In this document: in pieces, positions 1-9,140 of the stretch | Position numbering within the stretch: the first letter of the stretch is position 1 | Layout of the letters: each line of letters starts with the position of its first letter | Assembly: GCA_964483665.1 (NCBI GenBank) | Contig: CAZACP010000001.1 | Coordinates: forward strand, 70,358-134,357 | DNA length: 64,000 nucleotides | From: an uncultured Candidatus Saccharibacteria bacterium | Lineage (GTDB): Bacteria; Patescibacteriota; Doudnabacteria; UBA920 | Direction of reading: 5' to 3' | Notes under the pieces: generated by a model | The model's input: only the letters and a program-made list of their open reading frames with translations | Databases searched by the model: none | Told to the model about the DNA's origin: nothing | Program-made: the position numbers and the translations under genes

Positions 1-1413
1 GGAATGTGGCTGACCATAACTAGCGCGCCTTTATAGTCGTTTAAAGCTTTGGCAATTACAGGCAAATGCCTGAAGTTTATGTGGTTGGTGGGCTCGTCTA
101 AAATAAGCAGTCCCGGCTTCATTAGGACTAGTTGGCAAAAAGCCAAAAGACCCTTTTGTCCTTCGGACAGAAATTTTATTTGTTGGCTTAAGAGCTTGCC
201 ATCGAGCAAAAAACCGGCTGCAACAGAACGCAGCAAATGTTCGTCTTTTTTTTCCATAACCTCCAAAAGCGCGTCAAAGGCGGTTTGTTCGTATTTGAGG
301 CCGGAAAAATCCTGTCTGTAGTAACCCACCACAATCTGTTTAGCGATTTTGGCGCCTTCGGCTTGGTTTGTGGCCAGGTTATTTATAAATGTGCTTTTGC
401 CTATGCCATTGGGTCCGGAAATTAACAAATGTTGATTTTTTCTAATAACCATTTCAATTGCTTTTTTTACCGGTTCGTGGTCTATAAACGCGGTTACCGA
501 GGAAAGCTCAAGAATTTTTCCGTCAAAAAATTGGTCGTATTCCTGGCAGGGAATTTCAAATTCGCGAATAGTTTTGTCTTCCTTTCTTACTTCCACTATA
601 TTTTCTTCCGCCTCTTCCGCCGACTCGCGCATTCTTTTGGCCACGGCTCTAAGCTTTCCGCCTTTATGCGCAAAAACTTCGGCTTGCGCCCGTTTTTCTT
701 TTATTTGCGCCTGCATACGCGCGTTTTGAAGGTTTTCTCTTTCCACTCTGGCTTTAATTTCTTCCACCACGTCAAAATAATTCCCGGCGTATTGTTCTAT
801 TTTGTGCGTGTGGACGTCCAAATATAGCACCCCGTCGGTAAAAGCGTTTAAAAAGTCCGCGTCGTGGGAAATTACCAAAACTGTTTTTTCATACATTATT
901 AAAAAAGCAGTTAAGTGTTCAATCCCCGCCTGATCTAAATTATTGGTAGGCTCGTCTAAAAGCAAGATGTCCGGGTTTTGTATAAGCGCGTGAGCTAATA
1001 AAAGTCTTGCTTGCTGGCCGCCGGAAAAGGCTTTTATAACTTTTTCTAAAGGCGCCTTTAAGTTTACCACCTCTAAAATTTCCGCTATCAGCTTGTCCAA
1101 ATTGTATTTTTTCTCAGCAAAAGCCGTGGCAAAGTATTCCCTAACTGTCAGTTCCTTAAATTCTTCGGGCATAACTTGCCTGGCTATGGCAATGCTCGCG
1201 TCTCTCGGGGTTAGGTGAATTTCACCCTCGGTTGGAGTTTTTTCTTTGGTAATTAAGCTAAATAAGGTGCTTTTGCCGGCGCCATTTTGACCCATAAGCG
1301 CGAATTTGCTGCCAGTGCGCACGGAAAAATTTACGGCATCCAAAGTTTGTTTATGGATGTCGTATTCAAAACTAACATTTGAGAATCTCAATATTACGGA
1401 GTCATTTGACATA
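1..1413 (-). CDS. ABC-F family ATPase (two tandem ABC nucleotide-binding domains, no TMD; EttA/Uup-like), 3' end cut by window edge
   Basis: Minus-strand translation from ATG at 1411-1413 gives MSNDSVILRFSNVSFEY... with two Walker A motifs (GQNGAGKST, GPNGIGKST), two ABC signature motifs and a charged inter-domain linker. The frame is open to position 1. The supplied ORF track misses it because it runs off the edge; the + ORFs at 49..827 are antisense shadows. Confidence 0.8.
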
Positions 1414-1424
1414 AAGAAGATTAT

Positions 1425-1462
1425 ATCAAAAAACAGGCATTATGTCCATTCATAAGCCTGTT
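1425..1462 (-). terminator. Rho-independent terminator downstream of the pilin gene
   Basis: On the minus strand, stem ACAGGC/GCCTGT with a 17-nt loop is followed by TTTTTT (plus-strand A-run 1425-1431). Confidence 0.6.
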
Positions 1463-1500
1463 TTTTAGTTATCAATTATAAATTAACAATAATCAATTAA

Positions 1501-1983
1501 TTATCTTACTCCCTCCGGTGTGGCATAGCGAATGCCGGCCGGCCAGCTTTCTGTTCCTTTGCCCAAACAGAAGGTAAGAGTATAGGTTAATCCGTCCGAA
1601 GACGCGTCGTACCAGTAGTCGTTTCCTCCCCTGTCAGTGGCGGCGCAGTCTCCGTCCGGGGGTATTGGCGATGTAGGAAACATTGGGACATAGTTGGGTA
1701 TCATGGGTTCTTGGCTTGAATCAAAGGCGCCTGGGTCTGAAAGTAGACTGCCCGTTGCTCCCGCAGACAGCGTTCCGGTCGGGTAGGTTCCGTTTGTAAT
1801 ATAGTACTGGTCGAGCGCGGTTATAAACTGGCGCATATCGCCTGAACGTTTAGCGTCCCGGCCTTTTATTCTGGCTTGGTTAACGGCAAGTCCAACCACG
1901 CTGGCGAGTATGCCAATAATCGCCAAAACCACTAGCAGTTCTAAAAGGGTAAAACCCCTATTTTTTTGTATTTTTGTTTTCAT
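1501..1983 (-). CDS. Type IV pilin / pseudopilin-like protein with prepilin N-terminal methylation motif
   Basis: N-terminus MKTKIQKNRGFTLLELLVVLAIIGILA carries the G-FTLLE class III signal and a hydrophobic helix. Size is 160 aa. Confidence 0.85.
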   Translation of the reverse strand: MKTKIQKNRGFTLLELLVVLAIIGILASVVGLAVNQARIKGRDAKRSGDMRQFITALDQYYITNGTYPTGTLSAGATGSLLSDPGAFDSSQEPMIPNYVPMFPTSPIPPDGDCAATDRGGNDYWYDASSDGLTYTLTFCLGKGTESWPAGIRYATPEGVR

Positions 1984-1990
1984 TAATTTT

Positions 1991-2320
1991 TTAAGCTTTA
2001 TTTTTTTCTACTGGTTTCTTTTCGATACGAAAAGGCGTAAAACCGTTTTTTTCCCTACGGATTTTATATCCGTAGCCGTCGTCGGAAAAAATTACTGCCT
2101 CTGCGCCCGGCCCTTGTTTTTTTAAATTTACTAAAAAGTTAGCTAATTCTTTTTGTGGAATATTTAAATCGCTAGACATTTTTTCTACTAATTTTGTAGG
2201 CACTTCTTCCAGTCTGTGTTTAGTTTTTAGGTTGGTGTAAATTTCTTTGCCAGCTTTTGCAGCGGCTGCAATTCCGGCAACATTTAGAAAATCTCTTCGA
2301 CTAAAAATATTTTTTTCCAT
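1991..2320 (-). CDS. Hypothetical protein with N-terminal SRRDFLNVAGIAAAA (twin-arginine-like) motif
   Basis: 109-aa ORF immediately upstream of, and co-directional with, the pilin gene. No recognisable domain. Confidence 0.45.
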   Translation of the reverse strand: MEKNIFSRRDFLNVAGIAAAAKAGKEIYTNLKTKHRLEEVPTKLVEKMSSDLNIPQKELANFLVNLKKQGPGAEAVIFSDDGYGYKIRREKNGFTPFRIEKKPVEKNKA

Positions 2321-2353
2321 TGAAAATATATTAACCCTTTTATTATACCATAC

Positions 2354-4109
2354 TTATGCCGAAAATCCCCCAGCCTGGATTTTCCACAGTTTTTGATATA
2401 TCCCCTGGTTTATTTTTAAAAGCTCCTGGTGTTTTCCCTCTTCGGCAATGCTTCCCTTGTCTATAACTACTATTCTGTCCATTTGCATTATGGTGGAAAG
2501 CCGGTGCGCAATGACCACGGCTGTTTTTCCCCGCATTAAATTCACCATCGCCTCCTGAATAAGCATTTCGCTTTCGCTGTCTAAAGATGAAGTGGCTTCG
2601 TCCATTACCAAAATTGGCGCGTTTTTTAAAATTGCCCTGGCAATGGCAACTCTTTGCCTTTCACCGCCTGAAAGTTTTATTCCCCTCTCCCCTACCAAAG
2701 TTTTATAACCTTCCTGAAATTTTGAAATAAACTCGTGCGCGTTGGCTTTTTTTGCAGCCTCAATAACCTCTAAGTCAGAAGCACCGGGTTTTCCGTAGCG
2801 GATGTTTTCCATTAAAGTTCTATGGAATAAAATTGGTTCCTGGGGAACTAGCGCAATATTTTCTCTTAAGCTGTCTTGGGTGACTTTAGAAATATCTTGT
2901 CCGCTTATGGAAATTTTTCCGGCCTGGATGTCGTAAAATCTAAACAATAATTTTACCAATGTAGTTTTCCCGCCCCCGGAAGGGCCTATAAAAGCCACCC
3001 GCTGCCCTGGGGAAATTTTAAAGTTAAAACTTTTTAACACGCTTGAACCGTCTTTGTACTTAAAGTCTACATTCTCATAATTTATTTCCGCTGTTTGGAT
3101 TTTTAGTTTTTTGGCGTTCTTCTCGTCTTTTACTTCGTGCTGGGTAAGCAAAATTTCCGTCATTTCGTTGGCGTCAGCCAGAGCCTCGTACATGCTTCTT
3201 ATTTGTTTGCCAATACCCCAGAATTTGTCAAACAGCCTGTAAAAGTAGCTTTGCACTAAAGCCACGGTTCCTATGCTTATTTCCCCCCTCTGCCACATTT
3301 TAACAGCGGTGTACATAACTATAATTTCCAAAGTTACCATGGTTGCGGCCTGAATTAAGTCTGAAATTGTGCCTAAGTCCCAGCTTTTTTTTTCTTATTT
3401 TAAATTGTTTTTCCGTTGCGGTCTTAAAGTTTTGGTTTTCTTTGTCATAGGCGGAAAAAATTTTTACGTTAAAATTATTGGTTATGGAGTCCGCTAATTG
3501 CGCGGTTACCAAAGTGTCAGCCTCAGCGCGTTTTTTGTCTACCGGTAATTTGTATACCGAATAAAAGTAGCTGAATATATAGTAAATTACCGCCCAGGTT
3601 AGCGCCATTAGCCCAATGGTTCTGTTTTGGTAAATTAAAACTCCAAAAATAAAGCCGGTCTCCACTACGGTGCGGCCCAAGTCAAAAGTCAGCTGGTCGG
3701 CAATATTTTCAAAACTTCTTTCGTAGCGTTTTACTTTGGTAACTAGGCTTCCCACAAAACTGTTGCTAAAAAAACTGTAGGAATGTTTTTGTAAGTATTC
3801 AAAGCAGGTATTTTCAAGGTCCGCCATTACCCTGGGCTGGAAATAGTTGTTTACAAAATTAAAACCTCTGGCTACCGTAAAGCGGACGACAGAAAGGCCT
3901 AAAATTAAGTAAACAACGTGTAAGGCAGGCGTAATGTTTTGTTTGTCGCCCTGGGCCAGTATGTCTATAAGCCGTTTATATAAAATAGGCGAAAAGTTTT
4001 GCAGTACTATATGCCCTAAAACGCCAAAAATAATAACAGCCACCTGCCACCTATACTTTTTAGCGTGCTGCCAGAAGATTTTAAGGGTTTGGAGGGTTAA
4101 GGAGTTCAC
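2354..4109 (-). CDS. ABC transporter permease/ATP-binding protein (type I exporter, MsbA-like), interrupted by a frameshift in an A9 homopolymer (plus T9 at 3385-3393)
   Basis: ORF 3300..4109 encodes the six-helix TMD and ORF 2354..3340 the rest (Walker A GPSGGGKTT, LSGGERQR, Walker B ILVMDEATS). The two frames join cleanly if one A is removed from the AAAAAAAAA run: ...FKIRKK|SWDLGTISDLIQAATMVT.... Confidence 0.8.
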
Positions 4110-4253
4110 TTTAGTTTTTATGTTGTTAGTTGTTAGCAGTTAATATCTTTTATTATAACTTTTTTATAACATAAAAAAAAGAGCTTCCTTGATAGCGTGG
4201 CTAATCGGGAAGCTCGGGTCTTGAGAAGCTCTTGGTCTGGACCAGCGGGGTTG

Positions 4254-4592
4254 TTACTTCGGCAGATGTTTAACCACCTGATTTGCGTACCAATCCCATC
4301 CTTGTCGTTTGATGACCGCGGGGTCAAACTCAAACATCAGGACCGTTGTTCTGGGGAAAATTTCGGCAACTGCACCAAGCATCAGCTTGGTGTTTACGTG
4401 CTTCCGTATTCCAACAACGGCAACGAAGTCCTCTGCTCCGTCGCTGGCACGGTACTGAGGCACATTACTTCTCACTGTTGAAGGGTTCGTGCTGCATGCA
4501 AAGGTCGGGCACTTAAGCCCGGCTCGCTCCAACGCGTTGGCTAGCCCCCACCTGATTTCGGTGGGTACAATCAGAAAAATGAGCATATTCAC
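4254..4592 (-). CDS. Hypothetical protein (112 aa) in a GC-rich island
   Basis: ORF preceded by CAAGGAGTG-aat-ATG. Local GC is visibly higher than the flanks. No recognisable family. Confidence 0.4.
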   Translation of the reverse strand: MNMLIFLIVPTEIRWGLANALERAGLKCPTFACSTNPSTVRSNVPQYRASDGAEDFVAVVGIRKHVNTKLMLGAVAEIFPRTTVLMFEFDPAVIKRQGWDWYANQVVKHLPK

Positions 4593-4653
4593 TCCTTGTC
4601 GATCGTTGAGAAATTCTATATTAAAAAGCCACCTTTGGCAAGGGCTGGTTATT

Positions 4654-4682
4654 GACTTTTATTTAAAATTCACTACAATTGG
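4654..4682 (+). promoter_or_regulatory. Sigma70-like promoter TTGACT-N16-TACAAT; the -10 sits about 6 nt from the ATG of the 4686 ORF, so the mRNA is near-leaderless
   Basis: ttgacttttatttaaaattcactacaattggctcATG. Confidence 0.45.
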
Positions 4683-4685
4683 CTC

Positions 4686-4892
4686 ATGATCCTTACAAAA
4701 GAAATACTGCTGGAAATTCCGCCCCGGGATGTGTTCTGTGTTGATGGTAAGCAGTACAGAAGGGTTGCATCCAAGGGCGAACCCCGTATCGTCCTTCTGC
4801 GCAAGAAGGACGGGAGGGACATTGAAGTTGAAAAACCGATCACAGATGTGATCGGCAAGGAGGCAGAATATCATGAATCAAATTCAGCCTAA
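4686..4892 (+). CDS. Hypothetical small protein (68 aa), divergent from the 4254..4592 ORF
   Basis: MILTKEILLEIPPRDVFCVDGKQYRRVASKGEPRIVLLRKKDGRDIEVEK.... It lies in the GC-rich island with a promoter directly upstream. Confidence 0.4.
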   Translation: MILTKEILLEIPPRDVFCVDGKQYRRVASKGEPRIVLLRKKDGRDIEVEKPITDVIGKEAEYHESNSA

Positions 4893-5094
4893 GGATGAGA
4901 AAAAGGATAAAGAGATCCTTCGGGCTGCGAGCATCGGGACCCGTCCTTCCGACCTGGTATTTCCGTTTTTTTCCGGCGGTTGTTCCAGGGTTGGGACAGA
5001 AAACGAGTGCCCCAATTGCTCCGGATGCACGGAATGATCGACGAACCATTCGCGGCCGCGGGTTCTTGAAAAAGGAACCTGCGGCTCATTTATT

Positions 5095-6720
5095 TTATTC
5101 AATTATTAAACCCTCCCCTGTCATTGAGACAGGTTTTTTTATTTTTAGGAGTTCTAAGACTGTTGGGGCAATGTCGGCAAGCGACCCATATCCGCTATTG
5201 TCATCCCGACTAAGTTCCGATTTATCGGAACGCGCGGAGGGATCTCTTAACTCATACTTATGAGATGATAAGGGATTCTTCTCCGCCAGCTGGCGGATCT
5301 GAATGGTTAAATTAGTTGATGCAATTATGAACGGAACTAAATTTAAAGTATGGGCAGTGTGAAGTTCTCCGCTTTCGTCTACATTCTGTTCCGCGTTACC
5401 GTGGTCGGCTGTGACTATTGCCACGCCTCCTTTACTTATTACCTCATCAACTACCCTCTTTAATTCCCCATCCACAATCTCAACCGCTTTTATAATTGCC
5501 GGTTTGTTGGCAGTGTGTCCAACCATGTCTGCATTGGCAAAGTTTATGACTAAAAAGTCGTCGCCTTCGTTTATACAGTCTATGGCTTTGTCTGCAATTT
5601 CTTTTGCCCGCATTTCTGGAGCTAGGTCGTGAGTGGCTACCTTTCTGCTTTCTATTAAAAAGTGCCGCTCCTCGGGGTGCGTGTCCTGTTTGCCGCCGTT
5701 AAAAAAGAAAGTTACGTGCGCGTATTTTTCGGTTTCCGCAATGTGTGACTGCTTGAGCCCGGCTTTAGAAATTTCAGCCGCCAAAGTGGTATCCGGTTTT
5801 TCCGGCGGGAACGCCACCAAACATTCTATTTTGGGGTCGTACTCAGTCATAGTTACAAAAAACAAATTTTGTTTTTTGGCGCGCTCCATTATTTTGTAAG
5901 AAAGCTGCCTTGGTCTGTCGGAACGGAAATTAAAAAAGAAGATTCCATCGCCATCGGCAATTGAATAATGTTTGCCGTCTTGGTCTAAAAAAACCATTGG
6001 CTCTAAATATTCGTCCATTGCGCCATCATCGTAAGATTTTTTTAATACATCCGATGGTCTTGATCCACTAACCTTTTTCCCCTCCCCTTCAAACAAAGCT
6101 TTCTCTGCCTTTTCTGTTCTTTGCCAGTTTTTGTCCCGGTCCATGGCAAAATAGCGCCCTGTAACAGTTGCAACACGCCCGATTCCGGCTTTTTCTATTA
6201 CATCTTCCAGTTCTTTTAAATATTTATAGTTTTCTTTTGGCGGACTGTCGCGGCCGTCGGTAAAGGCGTGGATAATAACTTTATTTATGCCCGCTTGTTT
6301 GGCAGCTTCTAAAATTCCGTATAAATGTTCCTGGTGGCTATGTACCCCAGCCGGACTTACCATACCAATTAAATGCAAAGACGAATTATTTTTTTTAATA
6401 TGTTCAAAAAGTTTTTTTATTGAGTCATTTTCAAGAAGTTTATTTTCTTTGATTGCTTTGCTTATTCTAACTAAGTCAGTATCTATAACCCTACCCGCAC
6501 CCATAGTCATATGCCCAATTTCGCTATTACCAATAGTTCCCTCAGGTAAACCCACATGCTCTTCGCTAGCGTTTAAAAGCGTGTGGGGGTATTTGTGCCA
6601 AAGCATGTCAAAAAAAGGCGTGTTGGCCTCTAAAATAGCGTTATGTTCCCTACCCTCTCTATGCCCCCAACCGTCTAAAATTATGAGCGCGACAGGTTTA
6701 CTTAATTGAGTTGATGTCAT
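5095..6720 (-). CDS. gpmI: 2,3-bisphosphoglycerate-independent phosphoglycerate mutase
   Basis: The motifs ILDGWG, NSEIGHMTMGAGR, TADHGNAE and the overall 541-aa architecture match iPGM. The C-terminal region carries an extra segment of about 30 aa. Confidence 0.9.
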   Translation of the reverse strand: MTSTQLSKPVALIILDGWGHREGREHNAILEANTPFFDMLWHKYPHTLLNASEEHVGLPEGTIGNSEIGHMTMGAGRVIDTDLVRISKAIKENKLLENDSIKKLFEHIKKNNSSLHLIGMVSPAGVHSHQEHLYGILEAAKQAGINKVIIHAFTDGRDSPPKENYKYLKELEDVIEKAGIGRVATVTGRYFAMDRDKNWQRTEKAEKALFEGEGKKVSGSRPSDVLKKSYDDGAMDEYLEPMVFLDQDGKHYSIADGDGIFFFNFRSDRPRQLSYKIMERAKKQNLFFVTMTEYDPKIECLVAFPPEKPDTTLAAEISKAGLKQSHIAETEKYAHVTFFFNGGKQDTHPEERHFLIESRKVATHDLAPEMRAKEIADKAIDCINEGDDFLVINFANADMVGHTANKPAIIKAVEIVDGELKRVVDEVISKGGVAIVTADHGNAEQNVDESGELHTAHTLNLVPFIIASTNLTIQIRQLAEKNPLSSHKYELRDPSARSDKSELSRDDNSGYGSLADIAPTVLELLKIKKPVSMTGEGLIIE

Positions 6721-6928
6721 TTTGAATATTTATATTCTGCTCTAGTTCTCCCTGATAATTCTGCATTTTTTGGTTTGAGTCGTTTAACTGGTCTTCGGCT
6801 TTTTTGCCGGTTTCTACCACGCTTTGTCTTTCGCTCCCGGGCTTTAAAAAGTACACAAATAAAATAGCAATTATTGCCAAGGCAATAACCAAAACAATTA
6901 AGCCAAAACCATTTTGAGATTTATTCAT
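6698..6928 (-). CDS. Small single-pass membrane protein (start taken at MNKSQNGFGLIVLVIALAIIAILF)
   Basis: Hydrophobic helix followed by a polar, Q/N-rich tail. Overlaps the gpmI start by 23 nt. Confidence 0.4.
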   Translation of the reverse strand: MNKSQNGFGLIVLVIALAIIAILFVYFLKPGSERQSVVETGKKAEDQLNDSNQKMQNYQGELEQNINIQNDINSIK

Positions 6929-7032
6929 AGCTTTTAAGCTTATTATATAGCAAAATAAGAGAAAATAAAATTGCTTGACATAAGAGCGGCTATATGCGAA
7001 TATCCATTTATTCTGTTCGCTCGAGGGATACA

Positions 7033-7659
7033 ATGCAAAGGATGATTTTTGTTTGTGCGATTTTGCTGGCTACGCTGTTTGGCCAGCAGCTCCCCGCCCC
7101 TTTGGGCGGCAAGAAAACCGCTCCTCCCAAGGAGAAAAAAGAGCGGAAACACCAAGTTTACCGCAACTTTCGAGGCACTGACACGTTTGTTGTTCAGTAC
7201 TGTATGCCTGGCCGGGTGGAAGAAGGGATGAAGGGGCAGATTTACGGTGTGCCATGCGGCTGCTTTGGTATGTATCAACAGTATTGGGAAAAAGAAGCCG
7301 GCGACTGTAACCGCCACAAACGTGGTACTAACGAGTGGATGGACTGCCACAAGTCCATAAAGGGCTGCAGCGAGTTTTTGGCTCACGGCGGCGACAGTGC
7401 GCTATTTGGCGAAAATGACCGAGCCAAGTGTCAGGTGTACTGTTATGAACGTCAATCCTGTCGCTGCTGCGATGACAACGTCGCCTGGCAGCGTATGGAC
7501 AAGTGGCACAAAGGAGCGCTGGCAGCCATGGTCGCGCTCAAACGCGACGTGAGGCTACTGGGCAGGCACGAGGCGTGCAATGAAATTTTCGCGCTCTCCT
7601 ACGATCCGGTCAGGCCGCAGGACCTTTTCTACGCAGCGGCTTCATCGCTGCTGCGTTAG
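7033..7659 (+). CDS. Cysteine-rich secreted protein (signal peptide MQRMIFVCAILLATLFG, about 12 Cys in the mature part) in a GC-rich island
   Basis: GAGGGA RBS 5 nt upstream of the ATG. High GC and GC3. Pairs and triplets of Cys (CGC, CRCC). No recognisable family. Confidence 0.5.
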   Translation: MQRMIFVCAILLATLFGQQLPAPLGGKKTAPPKEKKERKHQVYRNFRGTDTFVVQYCMPGRVEEGMKGQIYGVPCGCFGMYQQYWEKEAGDCNRHKRGTNEWMDCHKSIKGCSEFLAHGGDSALFGENDRAKCQVYCYERQSCRCCDDNVAWQRMDKWHKGALAAMVALKRDVRLLGRHEACNEIFALSYDPVRPQDLFYAAASSLLR

Positions 7660-7677
7660 TGGAATCGCTAAACCAAC

Positions 7678-7715
7678 AAAACGGGGCTACCGTTGGAAGG
7701 TACGCCCCGTTTAAA
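7678..7715. terminator. Bidirectional intrinsic terminator between convergent genes
   Basis: aaaACGGGGCtaccgttggaaggtacGCCCCGTtt: 7-bp GC stem flanked by A-run and T-run. Confidence 0.65.
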
Positions 7716-7722
7716 TTTGTGT

Positions 7723-8274
7723 TTAAGCAATTGCCCGGGCGACAACGGCAATAACAAATATACCAAGGGCATTACAAAGTATTGAAATTATGGCAAATGT
7801 CCAGTTGTTGGTTTTGACAAAACCCATAAGAGCCAGGCCAAGTTCGTCCGGCAGGGGCGAGGCTATTATAAGCCCGCCCATTAAGGTCATAAAGATTTTA
7901 AAAATTTTGGAACGGAATATTTTTCTCCAGCGGCCGCGCGGGTTTAGGCTGAACATTTCTTCAAAGTCTTCGGTAATGGCGCTTTCAAAAAATTTAAACA
8001 TTACCAAATCGCCCACCAGCGCTCCAAGCGCGCCAACAACAATTAACAAGGGCATATTGGTAATTAAAGAAAGTTCCCCTAAAGCAATGGTTGCGGGAAC
8101 CGTGGTAAAGACCGAGGTAAAAAGTATGCCCGCTATAAATACACCCAAAAGTTCTAAATTTTGAGAATGCGAAAGGAGTTTAATTACAATGCCGGTTTTA
8201 AGCAGGATTATTCCGACCAATATGCTTAATAGAATAATTACAATATCCCGTTTGGCTTTTGTGCTTAGTTTCAT
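7723..8274 (-). CDS. Hypothetical integral membrane protein (4-6 TM helices)
   Basis: 183 aa, very hydrophobic, AT-rich like the native background. Confidence 0.5.
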   Translation of the reverse strand: MKLSTKAKRDIVIILLSILVGIILLKTGIVIKLLSHSQNLELLGVFIAGILFTSVFTTVPATIALGELSLITNMPLLIVVGALGALVGDLVMFKFFESAITEDFEEMFSLNPRGRWRKIFRSKIFKIFMTLMGGLIIASPLPDELGLALMGFVKTNNWTFAIISILCNALGIFVIAVVARAIA

Positions 8275-8448
8275 TTATTTATTGTAGCACACATAAAAAC
8301 ACCTATTAATAGGTGTTAAAGCAATCTAGGGTAAAAAGAAATTTGTGTAGGCGTTTTTTGTACAAGATAAACTAACTCAAAAATAAGAAGCGTCGTTTCC
8401 TGTCTTGCGACAGGGCGTACGCCTCTTTAAGGTTCTTTCTCAGCTAGT

Positions 8449-9078
8449 CTATTTGTACAAGCAGTGGTAGGCAGCAGGGTCTTTGCACCCAAGCTTGATT
8501 GGCTCGCCGGTTTCGAAAATGACCAAACTTGTGCCAGCGAGTTGGCCGGTGATTATGCCGACCTGCCCGTCAAGAACATAAACGTGTTCTGTTCGCTCGG
8601 CAACACCGAAGTCGAATTTGCCCGTTGCGCCTGGGATAATGACCCCGACTGTCGCATCTTGGTCGTCGGCATTCCTGTAACCAAGGCTCTCCACCCGGCC
8701 GCCGTCTTCAAACGTGTAGACTTTGTGTTTGATTCTGGCGTCGAGTAGTCTCAGGACGAACCGGTTAACCACCCGTTTTGCCACCACCTCTTCACGACTG
8801 ATTCCCTCGATGTTGTCACGATGGTTGCCGTCTTTGTCAAAGCAACCTTGGTCTTCAACTTCCCAGCCAAAGTTGCCCAAAATGTCCGCCATGAAAGCCA
8901 TGACATAGAAGCCATTGCTTGCTGAGCAGTCGGGGGTGTCGTGCGCCATAAGCGACGACAGGTCATACTGCGCTCCGTTGGAGACTCGGCGCAGGTAGCC
9001 GTTATCTCCAAAATCGCCTACCTCAAACACTTCACCGTCCTGCAGATTCTGAAAAAAATCTGGACTGAAACTCATCAT
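8449..9078 (-). CDS. Hypothetical protein (209 aa, acidic, no TM) in a GC-rich island next to the tRNA-Trp 3' end
   Basis: CAAGGAGTG-cttt-ATG RBS, and its own TTGACA-N17-TAATAT promoter at 9112-9140. A hairpin plus T-tract lies downstream at about 8389-8428. Confidence 0.5.
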   Translation of the reverse strand: MMSFSPDFFQNLQDGEVFEVGDFGDNGYLRRVSNGAQYDLSSLMAHDTPDCSASNGFYVMAFMADILGNFGWEVEDQGCFDKDGNHRDNIEGISREEVVAKRVVNRFVLRLLDARIKHKVYTFEDGGRVESLGYRNADDQDATVGVIIPGATGKFDFGVAERTEHVYVLDGQVGIITGQLAGTSLVIFETGEPIKLGCKDPAAYHCLYK

Positions 9079-9111
9079 AAAGCACTCCTTGGGACTGTAG
9101 TCTAACAGGTT

Positions 9112-9140
9112 ATATTATGGTTTTTTGTCTGTTTTGTCAA
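9112..9140 (-). promoter_or_regulatory. Sigma70-like promoter (TTGACA-N17-TAATAT) for the 8449..9078 gene
   Basis: Read on the minus strand: TTGACAaaacagacaaaaaaccaTAATAT. Confidence 0.5.

Noticed and set aside
49-827. Three plus-strand ORFs (90, 62, 132 aa) in the supplied track
   Set aside because: They lie antisense within a clear minus-strand ABC-F ATPase reading frame with Walker and signature motifs. Their products are low-complexity and F/L/R-rich, typical of shadow ORFs.
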